DNA of 64,000 nucleotides from Macrostomum hystrix (lineage: Eukaryota > Animalia > Platyhelminthes). Location of the stretch: the NCBI GenBank assembly GCA_950097015.1, contig CATNEN010000029.1, positions 1,798,001-1,862,000 on the forward strand, in the 5' to 3' direction. The notes under the pieces were generated by a model. The model saw only the letters and a list, made by a program, of their open reading frames with translations. It had not been told where the DNA came from and searched no databases. The position numbers and the translations under genes are program-made. Shown here one piece after another: positions 11,170 to 22,809 of the stretch. Numbering within the stretch: the stretch's first letter is position 1; each line of letters starts with the position of its first letter.

Positions 11170-12585
11170 ATTTTCACAATTGCCTGTACTGATAATTGCC
11201 TGTGATGATAATTGCCTGTGATGATAATTGTCTGTGATGATAATTGTCTGTGATGACAATTGCCTGTGATGATAATTTCCTGTGATGACAATTGCCTGTG
11301 ATGATAATTGCCTGTGATGACAATTTCCTGTGATGACAATTGTCTGTGATGACAATTGCCTGTGAAGACAATTGCCTGTGATGATAATTGCCTATGATGA
11401 CAATTGTCTGTGATGACAATTGCCTGTGTTGATGATTACCTTTGATGACAATTGCCTGTGATGATAATTGCCTGTGATGACAATTGCCTGTGATGACAAT
11501 TGCCTGTGATGATAATTGCCTGTGATGACATTTGCCTGTGATGATAATTGCCTGTGATGACAATTGCCTGTTATGACAATTGCCTGTGATGATAATTGCC
11601 TGTGATGACAATTGCCTGTGATGATAATTGCCTATGATGATAATTGTCTGTGATGACAATTGCCTGTGTTGATGATTACCTTTGATGACAATTGCCTGTG
11701 ATGATAATTGCCTGTGATGACAATTGCCTGTGATGACAATTGCCTGTGATGATAATTGCCTGTGATGACAATTGCCTGTGATGATAATTGCCTGTGATGA
11801 CAATTGCCTGTGATGATAATTGCCTGTGATGACAATTGCCTGTGATGATAATTGCCTATGATGATAATTGTCTGTGATGACAATTGCCTGTGTTGATGAT
11901 TACCTTTGATGACAATTGCCTGTGATGATAATTGCCTGTGATGACAATTGCCTGTGATGACAATTGCCTGTGATGATAATTGCCTGTGATGACAATTGCC
12001 TGTGATGATAATTGCCTGTGATGACAATTGCCTGTGATGACAATTGCCTGTGATGATAATTGCCTGTGATGACAATTGCCTGTGATGATAATTGTCTGTG
12101 ATGACAATTGCCTGTGATGATAATTGCCTGTGATGATAATTGCCTGTGATGATAATTGCCTGTGATGATAATTGCCTGTGATGACAATTGTCTGTGATGA
12201 CAATTGTCTGTGATGATAATTGCCTGTGATGATAATTGCCTGTGATGATTATTGCCTATGATGATAATTGCCTGTGATGACAATTGTCTGTGATGACAAT
12301 TGTCTGTGATGATAATTGCCTGTGATGATAATTGCCTGTGATGACAATTGCCTGTGATGATAATTGCCTGTGATGACAATTGCCCGTGATGACAATTGCC
12401 TGTGATGATAATTGCCTGTGATGATAATTGCCTGTGATGATAATTGCCTGTGATGATAATTGCCTGTGATGATAATTGCCTGTGATGACAATTGCCCGTG
12501 ATGACAATTGCCTGTGATGATAATTGCCTGTGATGATAATTGCCTGTGATGATAATTGCCTGTGATGATAATTGCCTGTGATGAC
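11170..12585 (+). repeat. 16-bp minisatellite (ATAATTGCCTGTGATG), about 88 copies
   Basis: Visible unit; the 16-aa period of the overlapping ORFs equals 3 x 16 nt. Confidence 0.96.
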
Positions 12586-13692
12586 ATCGTGATTCATTAA
12601 CAGTAGGACTACCAAGCCAAGTTTGTCACCAGTTCCAAGGGGTCCCCACTGAAAATTTTTCGGTAGCGTCTGAATGCTAACAGCGTTGGGTGTTGACTGA
12701 TTGGTTGACAGACTATGCGAGTGTGTCCTGTGGTTGAGCTGCGCCTAATATTTAGGCTTGATCAGTTAAATTGGAGAAATTCGTGTCAGGGTGTCCATAG
12801 TTGCTGAGTTTCACCTGTTGTAGCCCTTGAAGGTCCAGCAGCTCCGTCTAGATAAAGATAGGTGACCACCAAGACGGAGATGATGCAGGCACATTCGGGT
12901 GACATGCTGATCAATTTTGAAGGCCCGACAAGGCCGCACTGAGGCGCAGTGCTAATTCGTGTATAGGGGTAAATGAAATACACTAGCGCCTATGGGAAAA
13001 ATTCGACCTTCGGCCAGAACCATTGAATATCTCGACGGTCTGAAGAGCTGGCGATTAGATTCTTGTTTCAGAAGATGCGCAACAAAAAGTTGGCCGGTGC
13101 TTTTTTAGTTTCTCGTGCTTGCGTTTCTCCGTTCGGGTGAAACAAAAAATTAGTGGCAAAATGGTAGTTTTGCTGTCAATATTCGAACATCGATTTGTCT
13201 ATTTTCTTTATTCGTCAGTTTGCGTATTGAATAAATTGTTGTTAATCTAGTTTTAATCCGAAAGGACTAGTAGCCTAGTAGTTAGAAAAAATTGGCGTCC
13301 TTCAGCAAACACAATTAAACCTGCATTGCTACCAGAGTTTGATGGGTTAGGGCGGCTGAGGCAGCCTCCCAGTCCACGGACTGAACAGCTGTACGCGGGC
13401 TTTGGTAAAAAGCTAATAATTGAAAAGCTGAAGGCAAAAATAAATAAACTGCCGAGTCACCGAGCCGGCCGAATCATTTCCTCTTTGCGAAAATTCAGAC
13501 TCGGTTTATTTGCTAGGCATTTTTTATTCAGAGCAACAATGTCTCAGGTTGTTAAGCTACGTTTTTAGGCTCTAGTTAGTTTTCAGAAGCGGGGGGTCAA
13601 GAGAGGGAGAAGAAAAAAGTTAAGCTTTTCTGCTTTGATTCTCCCGTTTCGTGTATAGAAAATTGTTTGCATTTATTGAGATGTTCCGGGCA

Positions 13693-13986
13693 TCACCAGG
13701 CCTGCGACTGAAACGGGTGGCTGGCCTTCTTGCTGAGGCGAGGTCTGTCCGCCCGCTGCTGCTGCTGCTGCCGCTGACGGTTGATTTCGGCGTTGACTTG
13801 CTCAAGGGTTTCCATCAGAGCGTCAATGTCAACAACGTCGGCTTCATCGGCCGGCGCGGAATCGGCGGCGACTGAGCCGGAAACGGGCTTGCCGACGCTG
13901 TTGCTAGGCGTCAGGCAAAGCACAATGACTAGCCACAGTAGGAGGGCCGATTGGCGCAGCGAGTTGGCGGCGTTGGAGCGCTTCAT
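13693..13986 (-). CDS. Putative secreted neuropeptide/prohormone precursor (97 aa)
   Basis: GC-rich single-exon ORF in AT-rich DNA. It has a hydrophobic signal peptide (MKRS..ALLLWLVIVLCLTPSNSVG), an acidic spacer, a helical segment with polyQ, a dibasic KK site and a C-terminal peptide ASHPFQSQAW. Confidence 0.7.
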   Translation of the reverse strand: MKRSNAANSLRQSALLLWLVIVLCLTPSNSVGKPVSGSVAADSAPADEADVVDIDALMETLEQVNAEINRQRQQQQQRADRPRLSKKASHPFQSQAW

Positions 13987-14154
13987 GTCTGCTTCGGGAG
14001 ATGGGGTGGGTGTTGTGGAAAGCTTCGCGATATCGATTATTTGCTTCTAAAAATAGATCAGACCATTTTGTTCAAAGAATTTGATTGGTTTGAGGGTTAA
14101 ACTTGAGGGATGGTAGGTTATGCGCTCTGATTGGTTATAAGGTAAAGTTTAAGG

Positions 14155-14330
14155 ACTGGAAGGTTATGGTCGCTGATTGGTCAGAGGTGAAGCTGGAGGG
14201 CTGGAAGGTTATGGTCGCTGATTGGTCAGAGGGTGAAGCTGGAGGGCTGGAAGGTTATGGTCGCTGATTGGTCAGAGGTGAAGCTGGAGGGCTGGAAGGT
14301 TATGGTCGCTGATTGGTCAGAGGGAAGCTT
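14155..14330 (+). repeat. ~45-bp tandem repeat (4 copies), each carrying CTGATTGGTC (inverted CCAAT box)
   Basis: Visible; lies 170-350 bp upstream of the ATG of the 13693-13986 ORF. Confidence 0.85.
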
Positions 14331-15369
14331 GATGTATCGTTGTTGTTGCTTGCCTGAGGAAAATACTAGCGTGTATTAAAGGCTTTAATATAGCTAAGAC
14401 CCTTGGTGTTTTATTTTAAGGTGCAGATTTAAAAATCTGCCCGATTTTTAGCCACTCTAACCTGCCAGCTGCAGCTATCCGAGTCCTAAAGTCTGACAGT
14501 TTTCAGACATAGAAGTGGCTTAGAATACGAGATTAAAGAGAACACGAATAAGACAAGATGATTGAAAAGATTAGACACAAGCTCAGCAAATAGCGAATCG
14601 CAGATGGACAGGGATATCACACTCCCGGACTCAAACAGGTTCTACAAACTATTTGCCTGGTCTATCAGCTCCAATCAGAGTAAATAAAATCTGCAGTTAT
14701 CGCTCGACTCTTGACGCACAGAACGTGACCCAATGCACCGAGCTGAGTCCCTCAAAACTACTCAAGATCGTGTGTTTTTTTCCACAACCAACAGACTTTG
14801 CTAGAAAAAAAAATGTGTCGAATTTTGTTCAACTCGCTATAATAACTTCCACCAAGCTGTCAGATTGCTTATTGACTGCATAGGCTAATATTTCAGCCCC
14901 TAGGCAGTGAGGGATATTGGCATTCTGGTAGAGAATAAAGGATATTTTAGGGAGAAGGTATGGGATGTCTTAATGCACAGAAAACACAGGCGAGATGACA
15001 GGCTCGCATGAGCTGAAGTCTGAGACTAAAAAACTGCCGAAGCTTCCTACGAAACTTTGCTAAAACGACTCTGCACTTCCGCAGTCGCATGACTGTACTG
15101 CTCTGGCTGGCAGCCCCCAGTTGCCTATTATCCTCCACCTCCGCACCTCCCCTGTGAAATTTTCGATGACAAATAAGCAGGAAGGCTAAGTGAGTCGAAG
15201 TTGAAACTAATCCGGCATTCTGGCAACCTTTTGATAGATCCTCCCCAAATAGCAAGGCAAACATTAGCCTGATCCTGCTTTGCGGTGCAGCTCGCCTGAA
15301 AGGTTTCACTTCAATTCCAACTGGTCTCCGAGGCTACAGAAACTTTTTATCTGCTGCTTAGTCCATCAC

Positions 15370-16475
15370 TCTCCCCGCCCTCACTCTCCCCGCCCCTCAC
15401 TCTCCCCGCCCCACACTCTCCCCGCCCCTCACTCTCCCCGCCCCTCACTCTCCCCGCCCCTCACTCTCCCCGCCCCTCACTCTCCCCGACCCTCACTCTC
15501 CCCGCCCCTCACTCTCCCCGCCCCTCACTCTCCCCGCCCTCACTCACCCCGCCCTCACTCTCCCCGCCCCTCACTCTCCCCGCCCCTCACTCTCCCCGCC
15601 CCTCACTCTCCCCGCCCTCACTCACCCCGCCCCTCACTCTACCCGCCCTAACTCTCCCCGCCCCTCACTCTCCCCGCCCCTCACTCTCCCCGCCCCTCAC
15701 TCTCCCCGCCCCTCCCTCTCCCCGCCCCTCACTCTCCCCGCCCCTCACTCTCCCCGCCCCTCACTGCCCCCGCCCCTCACTCTCCCCGCCCCTCACTCTC
15801 CCCGCCCCTCACTGCCCCCGCCCCTCACTCTCTTTGCTCTTCATTCCCTCCGCCCCTCACTCTCTTTGCTCTTCATTCCCTCCGCCCCTCACTCTCTTTG
15901 CTCTTCATTCCCTCCGCCCCTCAGTCTCTCCGCCCCTCAGTCTCTCCGCCCCTCAGTCTCTCCGCCCCTCAGTCTCTCCGCCCCTCAGTCTCTCCGCCCC
16001 TCAGTCTCTCCGCCCCTCAGTCTCTCCGCCCCTCAGTCTCTCCGCCCCTCAGTCTCTCCGCCCCTCAGTCTCTCCGCCCCTCAGTCTCTCCGCCCCTCAG
16101 TCTCTCCGCCCCTCAGTCTCTCCGCCCCTCAGTCTCTCCGCCCCTCAGTCTCTCCGCCCCTCAGTCTCTCCGCCCCTCAGTCTCTCCGCCCCTCAGTCTC
16201 TCCGCCCCTCAGTCTCTCCGCCCCTCAGTCTCTCCGCCCCTCAGTCTCTCCGCCCCTCAGTCTCTCCGCCCCTCAGTCTCTCCGCCCCTCAGTCTCTCCG
16301 CCCCTCAGTCTCTCCGCCCCTCAGTCTCTCCGCCCCTCAGTCTCTCCGCCCCTCAGTCTCTCCGCCCCTCACTCTCCCCGCCCCTCACTGCCCCCGCCCC
16401 TCATTCCCTCCGCCCCTCACTCTCTTTGCTCTTCATTCCCTCCGCCCCTCACTCTCTCCGCCCCTCAGTCTCTCA
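15370..16475 (+). repeat. 16-bp C-rich minisatellite (CCCCGCCCCTCACTCT grading into CCGCCCCTCAGTCTCT)
   Basis: Visible; the minus strand carries tandem GGGGCGGGG. Confidence 0.95.
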
Positions 16476-17343
16476 GCCCTCATTCGCATTCATTCTCCAA
16501 TGTCACTCAATCGGACTTGCTGCTATTGATAGCCTCACTCTCTCTGAATCCCAACAACCATCTTCCCCGCCCTGTATCTCGATGGTTTTCACTATTTTCT
16601 CCGCAGGGCAGCGACTGAATCAGCGCTTCTCTATTCAAACCAGCCGATCGCTTCTTTCACGTGAGTAGGGTTATGGAAAAAAATGCAACTTTCATCGCAG
16701 CAAGCCATGCATTTATCTGGCAGTCAAGCAATATTCTGAGCTGATCTGGCTCTTTATTGTTTCTGCCTCCATGCAATCCGCTATATCACGCCATTCCAAA
16801 AAGCGAAACTATATCGCCCTAATTGTCAGGCTTTGCGCATTGCTTTTTAAATACTTCGAAACGGTGAAGACTATTTTGCTTTCAATATTATTCTGCTTGT
16901 AAGAAGTAAAACTGGAAACTACTGTCCCGTCATGGTTTGCTTCATAGAGACAAGAGAGCTAAACAAACTAGTTTTTTTCCTTATCTTCTGCTAATCTACA
17001 ATTTTACGAGCATCATCTCTATTCCACAAGTTTTAGCAGACAACGAACTAGTTTTAAATAATGACGACTTTGTTCAATTGCTTTCATTAAAATTCCATGT
17101 TTTTCTGGCTCGGATTTTGGACGCGACAGAGTTATATAAGCCATTAATCATATTCAGGATCTCAAATTTCATATAATATATATCGATTACGATAAAATTA
17201 TCAATAAAAATTCTAAAAAATGTAAAACGAACGACTTTAACCAGTTGCCAAATAAAATCGTTTAAAACCTAAATCTGGACAGGTATTCCGCGTTTTCAGA
17301 GACCATTCGTGCATAATATTGTGCCTCTGGGCTTAAGAAGTGT

Positions 17344-17536
17344 AAAACGGCCCTTCTAAGGTCCACAGCCCAACACAAGTGGATCTTTCTTGACCAGAAT
17401 AAATGACCAGAATAAGTTTGATTAGAAATGCTAAAAGGTGTCGATAGGAAAGCATTAATTACTATTTTTTCTGGCGAGCAAAAATGTAACTAAAGATCAA
17501 CTTGTATTGGGTTGTGGACCTTAAAAGGGCCGTTTT
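17344..17536. mobile_element. MITE-like element or hairpin with ~45-bp imperfect inverted arms
   Basis: AAAACGGCCCTTCTAAGGTCCACAGCCCAACACAAGTGGATCTTT (17344-17388) is the near reverse complement of 17492-17536. No TSD was defined. Confidence 0.6.
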
Positions 17537-17633
17537 AAACATAATTTTTTTGTCCAGTAAACACACAATTAATGCACTAATGGTCGCTGTACATGCAAAA
17601 TAATTGTCCAGATTAGATGTATTATTTAATTAT

Positions 17634-17763
17634 ATAATAATAATAATAATAAATAATCTCAGGAGAGCAGTGGGCACTAGCACATCACATAGTGCAGCAA
17701 GCCATAAATGTGGCGCAGCTCATGAATCGAGCTCATGAACCCTGGTGCGAGAGGCAAACGCGT
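17634..17763 (-). mobile_element. Short internally deleted derivative of SINE family A
   Basis: The minus strand reads ACGCGTTTGCCTCTCGCACCAGGGTTCATGAGCTCGATTC (matching the family A head), jumps to GTGCCCACTGCTCTCC and ends in an (ATT)n tail. Confidence 0.7.
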
Positions 17764-18509
17764 AGAATAACATAAGCTTTCGCCAAGCCTTACCTTTGCC
17801 ACTTTGCTAATTGCTAGATCAGGTTAGGACAAAGCTGCGTTGAGCCAAAAAAACAGTTGCCAAGGCGACAGACAGCTCGGTGTTCAAATCGAAGAGGCGG
17901 CTCCGAGTTGAAACGCTCTCCGATGGTTTTTATTGCCTTCGCGCCGACCGGGGGGTAGGACCAATGGACTGAAGGCCCAATCAACAGTGTCCAATGGACT
18001 ATGCATGCCAAAGCCAAGTTAGCATAATGCCTGAAGTCACTGTCTTATAGGAGGAGAGTAGGGCCGCCGCGTTGTGTAGACCAATTCAGCTTGTGAGCTC
18101 ATCGCTTGGAGCACAAATTGGTCAAAACAGAAATAGCTGCGGGGCCGGCTTGTCGCTACTTGATTCCTTCTGAAATCGAGGAAGCAGACAAGTTAGTTGG
18201 TAACTATAAGGCAAGGAGGCGAGAGACTTGCGTTGCCGAAAAATAAGTCTATTAGAGTGTGGCCAAGCCAAGCACTTGCTTTTAGTTATTGAGGTGAGCG
18301 GCTGATGCGGGAACTCAAATTAATATTGCTGCTCTGCTCAAAGCAGCAAAAGGAAAAGTTGATGACAGCCAAGAGTATAGTGAATTCGCATCATCAGCTT
18401 CTACTTCTGTGGCTCATTATTGTGACAAAATTTCTCACCCAGCAGCAATTATTTGCAACAGTGCAATTGGGCCTGCCTTAGCAATAAAATCGCAGCAAGC
18501 GGCTGAGCT

Positions 18510-19490
18510 TGAATCGAAGCAGGAGACGAAGTTGGAATCGAAGCAGGAGACAAAGTTGGAATCGAAGCAGGAGACGTAGCTAGAATCGAAGCTGGAGAGG
18601 TAGTTGGAATCGAAGCAGGAGACGTAGTTGGAATCGAAGCAGGAGACGAAGTTGGAATCGAAGCAGGAGACGTAGTTGGAATCGAAGCAGGAGACGTAGC
18701 TAGAATCGAAGCTGGAGAGGTAGTTGGAATCGAAGCAGGAGACGTAGTTGGAATCGAAGCAGGAGACGTAGTTGGAATCGAAGCAGGAGACGTAGCTAGA
18801 ATCGAAGCTGGAGAGGTAGTTGGAATCGAAGCAGGAGACGTAGTTGGAATCGAAGCAGGAGACGTAGTTGGAATCGAAGCAGGAGAGGTAGCTAGAATCG
18901 AAGCAGGAGAGGTAGTTAGAATCGAAGCAGGAGACGAAGTTGGAATTGAAGCAGGAGACGAAGTTGGAATCGAAGCAGGAGAGGTAGTTGGAATCGAAGC
19001 AGGAGAGGTAGTTGGAATCGAAGCAGAAGAGGTAGTTGGAATCGAAGCAGGAGACGTAGTTGGAATCGAAGCAGGAGACGAAGTTGGAATCGAAGCAGGA
19101 GACGTAGTTGGAATCGAAGCAGGAGACGTAGCTAGAATCGAAGCAGGAGAGGTAGTTGGAATCGAAGCAGGAGACGTAGTTGGAATCGAAGCAGGAGACG
19201 TAGTTGGAATCGAAGCAGGAGAGGTAGCTAGAATCGAAGCAGGAGAGGTAGTTAGAATCGAAGCAGGAGACGAAGTTGGAATTGAAGCAGGAGACGAAGT
19301 TGGAATCGAAGCAGGAGAGGTAGTTGGAATCGAAGCAGAAGAGGTAGTTGGAATCGAAGCAGGAGAGGTAGTTGGAATCAAAGCAGGAGGGGTAGTTGGA
19401 ATCGAAGCAGGAGAGGTAGTTGGAATCGAAGCAGGAGAGGTAGTTGGAATCGAAGCAGGAGAGGTAGTTGGAATCGAAGCAGGAGATGTA
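18510..19490 (+). repeat. 24-bp minisatellite (GTTGGAATCGAAGCAGGAGACGTA), about 40 copies
   Basis: Visible; produces the artefactual ORFs 18435..19550 and 18449..19381. Confidence 0.95.
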
Positions 19491-19862
19491 GCTTCGAGTG
19501 GTCAGATTAGCATTGTAATTATCTGTTATGAAGACAGCCATGATTTGCAAATGTTTGAGTCCTGCTAATACCTCTGCTCATTGTATATTGCCTCAGCTGA
19601 CAACAGGAAAATATTTTATCACTGAGTTGAGATCGTGACTGCAGAATAAATCTCGGGTTTCGCAATATGAATTCGATGTCATGCGAACCATGGGGGATAC
19701 GACCGCTCTATTGAAACACTGAACAACAGGGCCCGATACTAGGGCTACTTTTCGACTTCGTTTATTATCTTGGAAGCAAGGATGGACCTTAGGGTTAATT
19801 AACTTTAATGATATAAAGTATTCGAATGGTCACTCCATCTAAACATTTATCCTCAATGGTAC

Positions 19863-22040
19863 TCTGGAACTAACACTCCAGGCCTCACAGCATTGGTCAT
19901 CAGTGGCATTCTGGAACTAACACTCCAACCTACACAGCATTGGTCATCAGTGGCATTCTGGAACTAACACGCCAACCTACACAGCATTGGTCATCAGTGG
20001 CATTCTGGAACTAACACGCCAAACTACACAGCATTGGTCATCAGTGGCATTCTGGAACTAACACGTCAAACTACACAGCATTGGTCATCAGTGGCATTCT
20101 GGAACTAACACTCCAACCTACACAGCATTGGTCATCAGTGGCATTCTGGAACTAACACTCCAACCTACACAGCATTGGTCATCAGTGGCATTCTGGAACT
20201 AACACGCTAACCTACACAGCATTGGTCATCAGTGGCATTCTGGAACTAACACGCCAACCTACACAGCATTGGTCATCAGTGGCATTCTGGAACTAACACT
20301 CCAACCTACACAGCATTGGTCATCAGTGGCATTCTGGAACTAACACGCCAAACTACACAGCATTGGTCATCAGTGGCATTCTGGAACTAACACTCCAACC
20401 TACACAGCATTGGTCATCAGTGGCATTCTGGAACTAACACTCCAACCTACACAGCATTGGTCATCAGTGGCATTCTGGAACTAACACTCCAACCTACACA
20501 GCATTGGTCATCAGTGGCATTCTGGAACTAACACTCCAACCTACACAGCATTGGTCATCAGTGGCATTCTGGAACTAACACGCCAAACTACACAGCATTG
20601 GTCATCAGTGGCATTCTGGAACTAACACTCCAACCTACACAGCATTGGTCATCAGTGGCATTCTGGAACTAACACTCCAACCTACACAGCATTGGTCATC
20701 AGTGGCATTCTGGAACTAACACTCCAACCTACACAGCATTGGTCATCAGTGGCATTCTGGAACTAACACGCCAAACTACACAGCATTGGTCATCAGTGGC
20801 ATTCTGGAACTAACACTCCAACCTACACAGCATTGGTCATCAGTGGCATTCTGGAACTAACACTCCAACCTACACAGCATTGGTCATCAGTGGCATTCTG
20901 GAACTAACACGCCAACCTACACAGCATTGGTCATCAGTGGCATTCTGGAACTAACACGCCAACCTACACAGCATTGGTCATCAGTGGCATTCTGGAACTA
21001 ACACGCCAACCTACACAGCATTGGTCATCAGTGGCATTCTGGAACTAACACTCCAACCTACACAGCATTGGTCATCAGTGGCATTCTGGAACTAACACGC
21101 CAAACTACACAGCATTGGTCATCAGTGGCATTCTGGAACTAACACGCCAACCTACACAGCATTGGTCATCAGTGGCATTCTGGAACTAACACTCCAACCT
21201 AAACAGCATTGGTCATCAGTGGCATTCTGGAACTAACACGCCAACCTACACAGCATTGGTCATCAGTGGCATTCTGGAACTAACACGCCAACCTACACAG
21301 CATTGGTCATCAGTGGCATTCTGGAACTAACACGCCAACCTACACAGCATTGGTCATCAGTGGCATTCTGGAACTAACACTCCAACCTACACAGCATTGG
21401 TCATCAGTGGCATTCTGGAACTAACACGCCAACCTACACAGCATTGGTCATCAGTGGCATTCTGGAACTAACACGCCAACCTACACAGCATTGGTCATCA
21501 GTGGCATTCTGGAACTAACACGCCAACCTACACAGCATTGGTCATCAGTGGCATTCTGGAACTAACACTCCAACCTACACAGCATTGGTCATCAGTGGCA
21601 TTCTGGAACTAACACTCCAACCTACACAGCATTGGTCATCAGTGGCATTCTGGAACTAACACGCCAACCTACACAGCATTGGTCATCAGTGGCATTCTGG
21701 AACTAACACGCCAACCTACACAGCATTGGTCATCAGTGGCATTCTGGAACTAACACGCCAACCTACACAGCATTGGTCATCAGTGGCATTCTGGAACTAA
21801 CACTCCAACCTACACAGCATTGGTCATCAGTGGCATTCTGGAACTAACACTCCAACCTACACAGCATTGGTCATCAGTGGCATTCTGGAACTAACACGCC
21901 AACCTACACAGCATTGGTCATCAGTGGCATTCTGGAACTAACACGCCAAACTACACAGCATTGGTCATCAGTGGCATTCTGGAACTAACACTCCAACCTA
22001 CACAGCATTGGTCATCAGTGGCATTCTGGAACTAACACTC
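19863..22040 (+). repeat. 47-bp minisatellite (CATTCTGGAACTAACACTCCAACCTACACAGCATTGGTCATCAGTGG), about 46 copies
   Basis: Period measured from 19863 to 19910 is 47 bp; head-to-tail with no unique spacers. Confidence 0.97.
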
Positions 22041-22809
22041 AACCCTGGTCCTTAATCAGAGATGATCAATCAAAGCAGGAAGATTGGTAATAATCAAAAG
22101 AAATTCAGAATTGATGTTGAAAGAATCAATGTCTCAAAAGAACCTCGTAATTGATATTTCGCAAAAAAGTAACGTAGTTGTCTCTCCGTAGCATGCTTTG
22201 ATTCCGAATTCTGAATCACACAAATGATGTCCCGGGTCAATAGAGATGAAACGCGAAGAGCAGGCCGTTTCATTTTGAGATGGACAACAAATGACTGATC
22301 ATTGTCTGCAAAAAGGCCAGTAAAAATCCATGATTTGAGTTTAGGACACGTAGCACAACTCAGCATGCAGAAAATGATTATATAAATTGGTTTTTTACAT
22401 TTGCGTAGTGCACTACTGATTAAGTAGAGTATATCGAAAAAATAGTAAAAAAGTAGCAAATTAACAAGCGCGAGTAAGCGCGATTAGCCTGTTTACGCGC
22501 TGTAAAAGTACAGATTCTATTAATAGCATGTTATTGACAGGGAGTCTAATACCTGACAATTGTTGGTAGTTCAAGCAGTGCAATTATGTATATGTTATAT
22601 GCATAGCCAAAACAGAATGTGTATCTATATTTTATATGCACTGCTAGGCCAATTAAAAATTTAGATGAGGTTGGACTTATTTTGAGTTGTTAATGTCGGA
22701 GTTTGAATGATTGTCCCCTGGTGAAATGAAAACGCATAATTAAAATTATTTACTAGAATCGTAGCTAAAAACGCAGCGAGAACTATGAACTAAACCGAAA
22801 ATTGTAGCT

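Noticed and set aside
12980-13300. Possible non-autonomous DNA transposon sharing TGAATATCTCGACG with about 39390
   Set aside because: Only a ~14-bp match; no TIRs or TSDs could be defined.
14947-15309. 120-aa minus-strand ORF and a short signal-like + frame (MTVLLWLAAPSCLL)
   Set aside because: No homology cues and no supporting splice partners.
11110-19550. Long periodic ORFs (QLSSQAII.., PQSLRPSV.., CFDSNYLS.., PASIPTTS..)
   Set aside because: They are open in several frames or strands at once with periods fixed by the repeat unit, so they are minisatellite artefacts. The same applies to ORFs at 30612-31451, 39542-40575, 46838-47329 and 61456-61766.
19863-22040. CRISPR-like appearance of the 47-bp array (also the 35-bp and 32-bp arrays)
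   Set aside because: Units are head-to-tail with no unique spacers, there are no cas genes, and the context is eukaryotic.
22094-22459. Minus-strand 121-aa ORF with a good acceptor (TTTTTGCAG)
   Set aside because: No strong donor, no recognisable motif and AT-rich composition.
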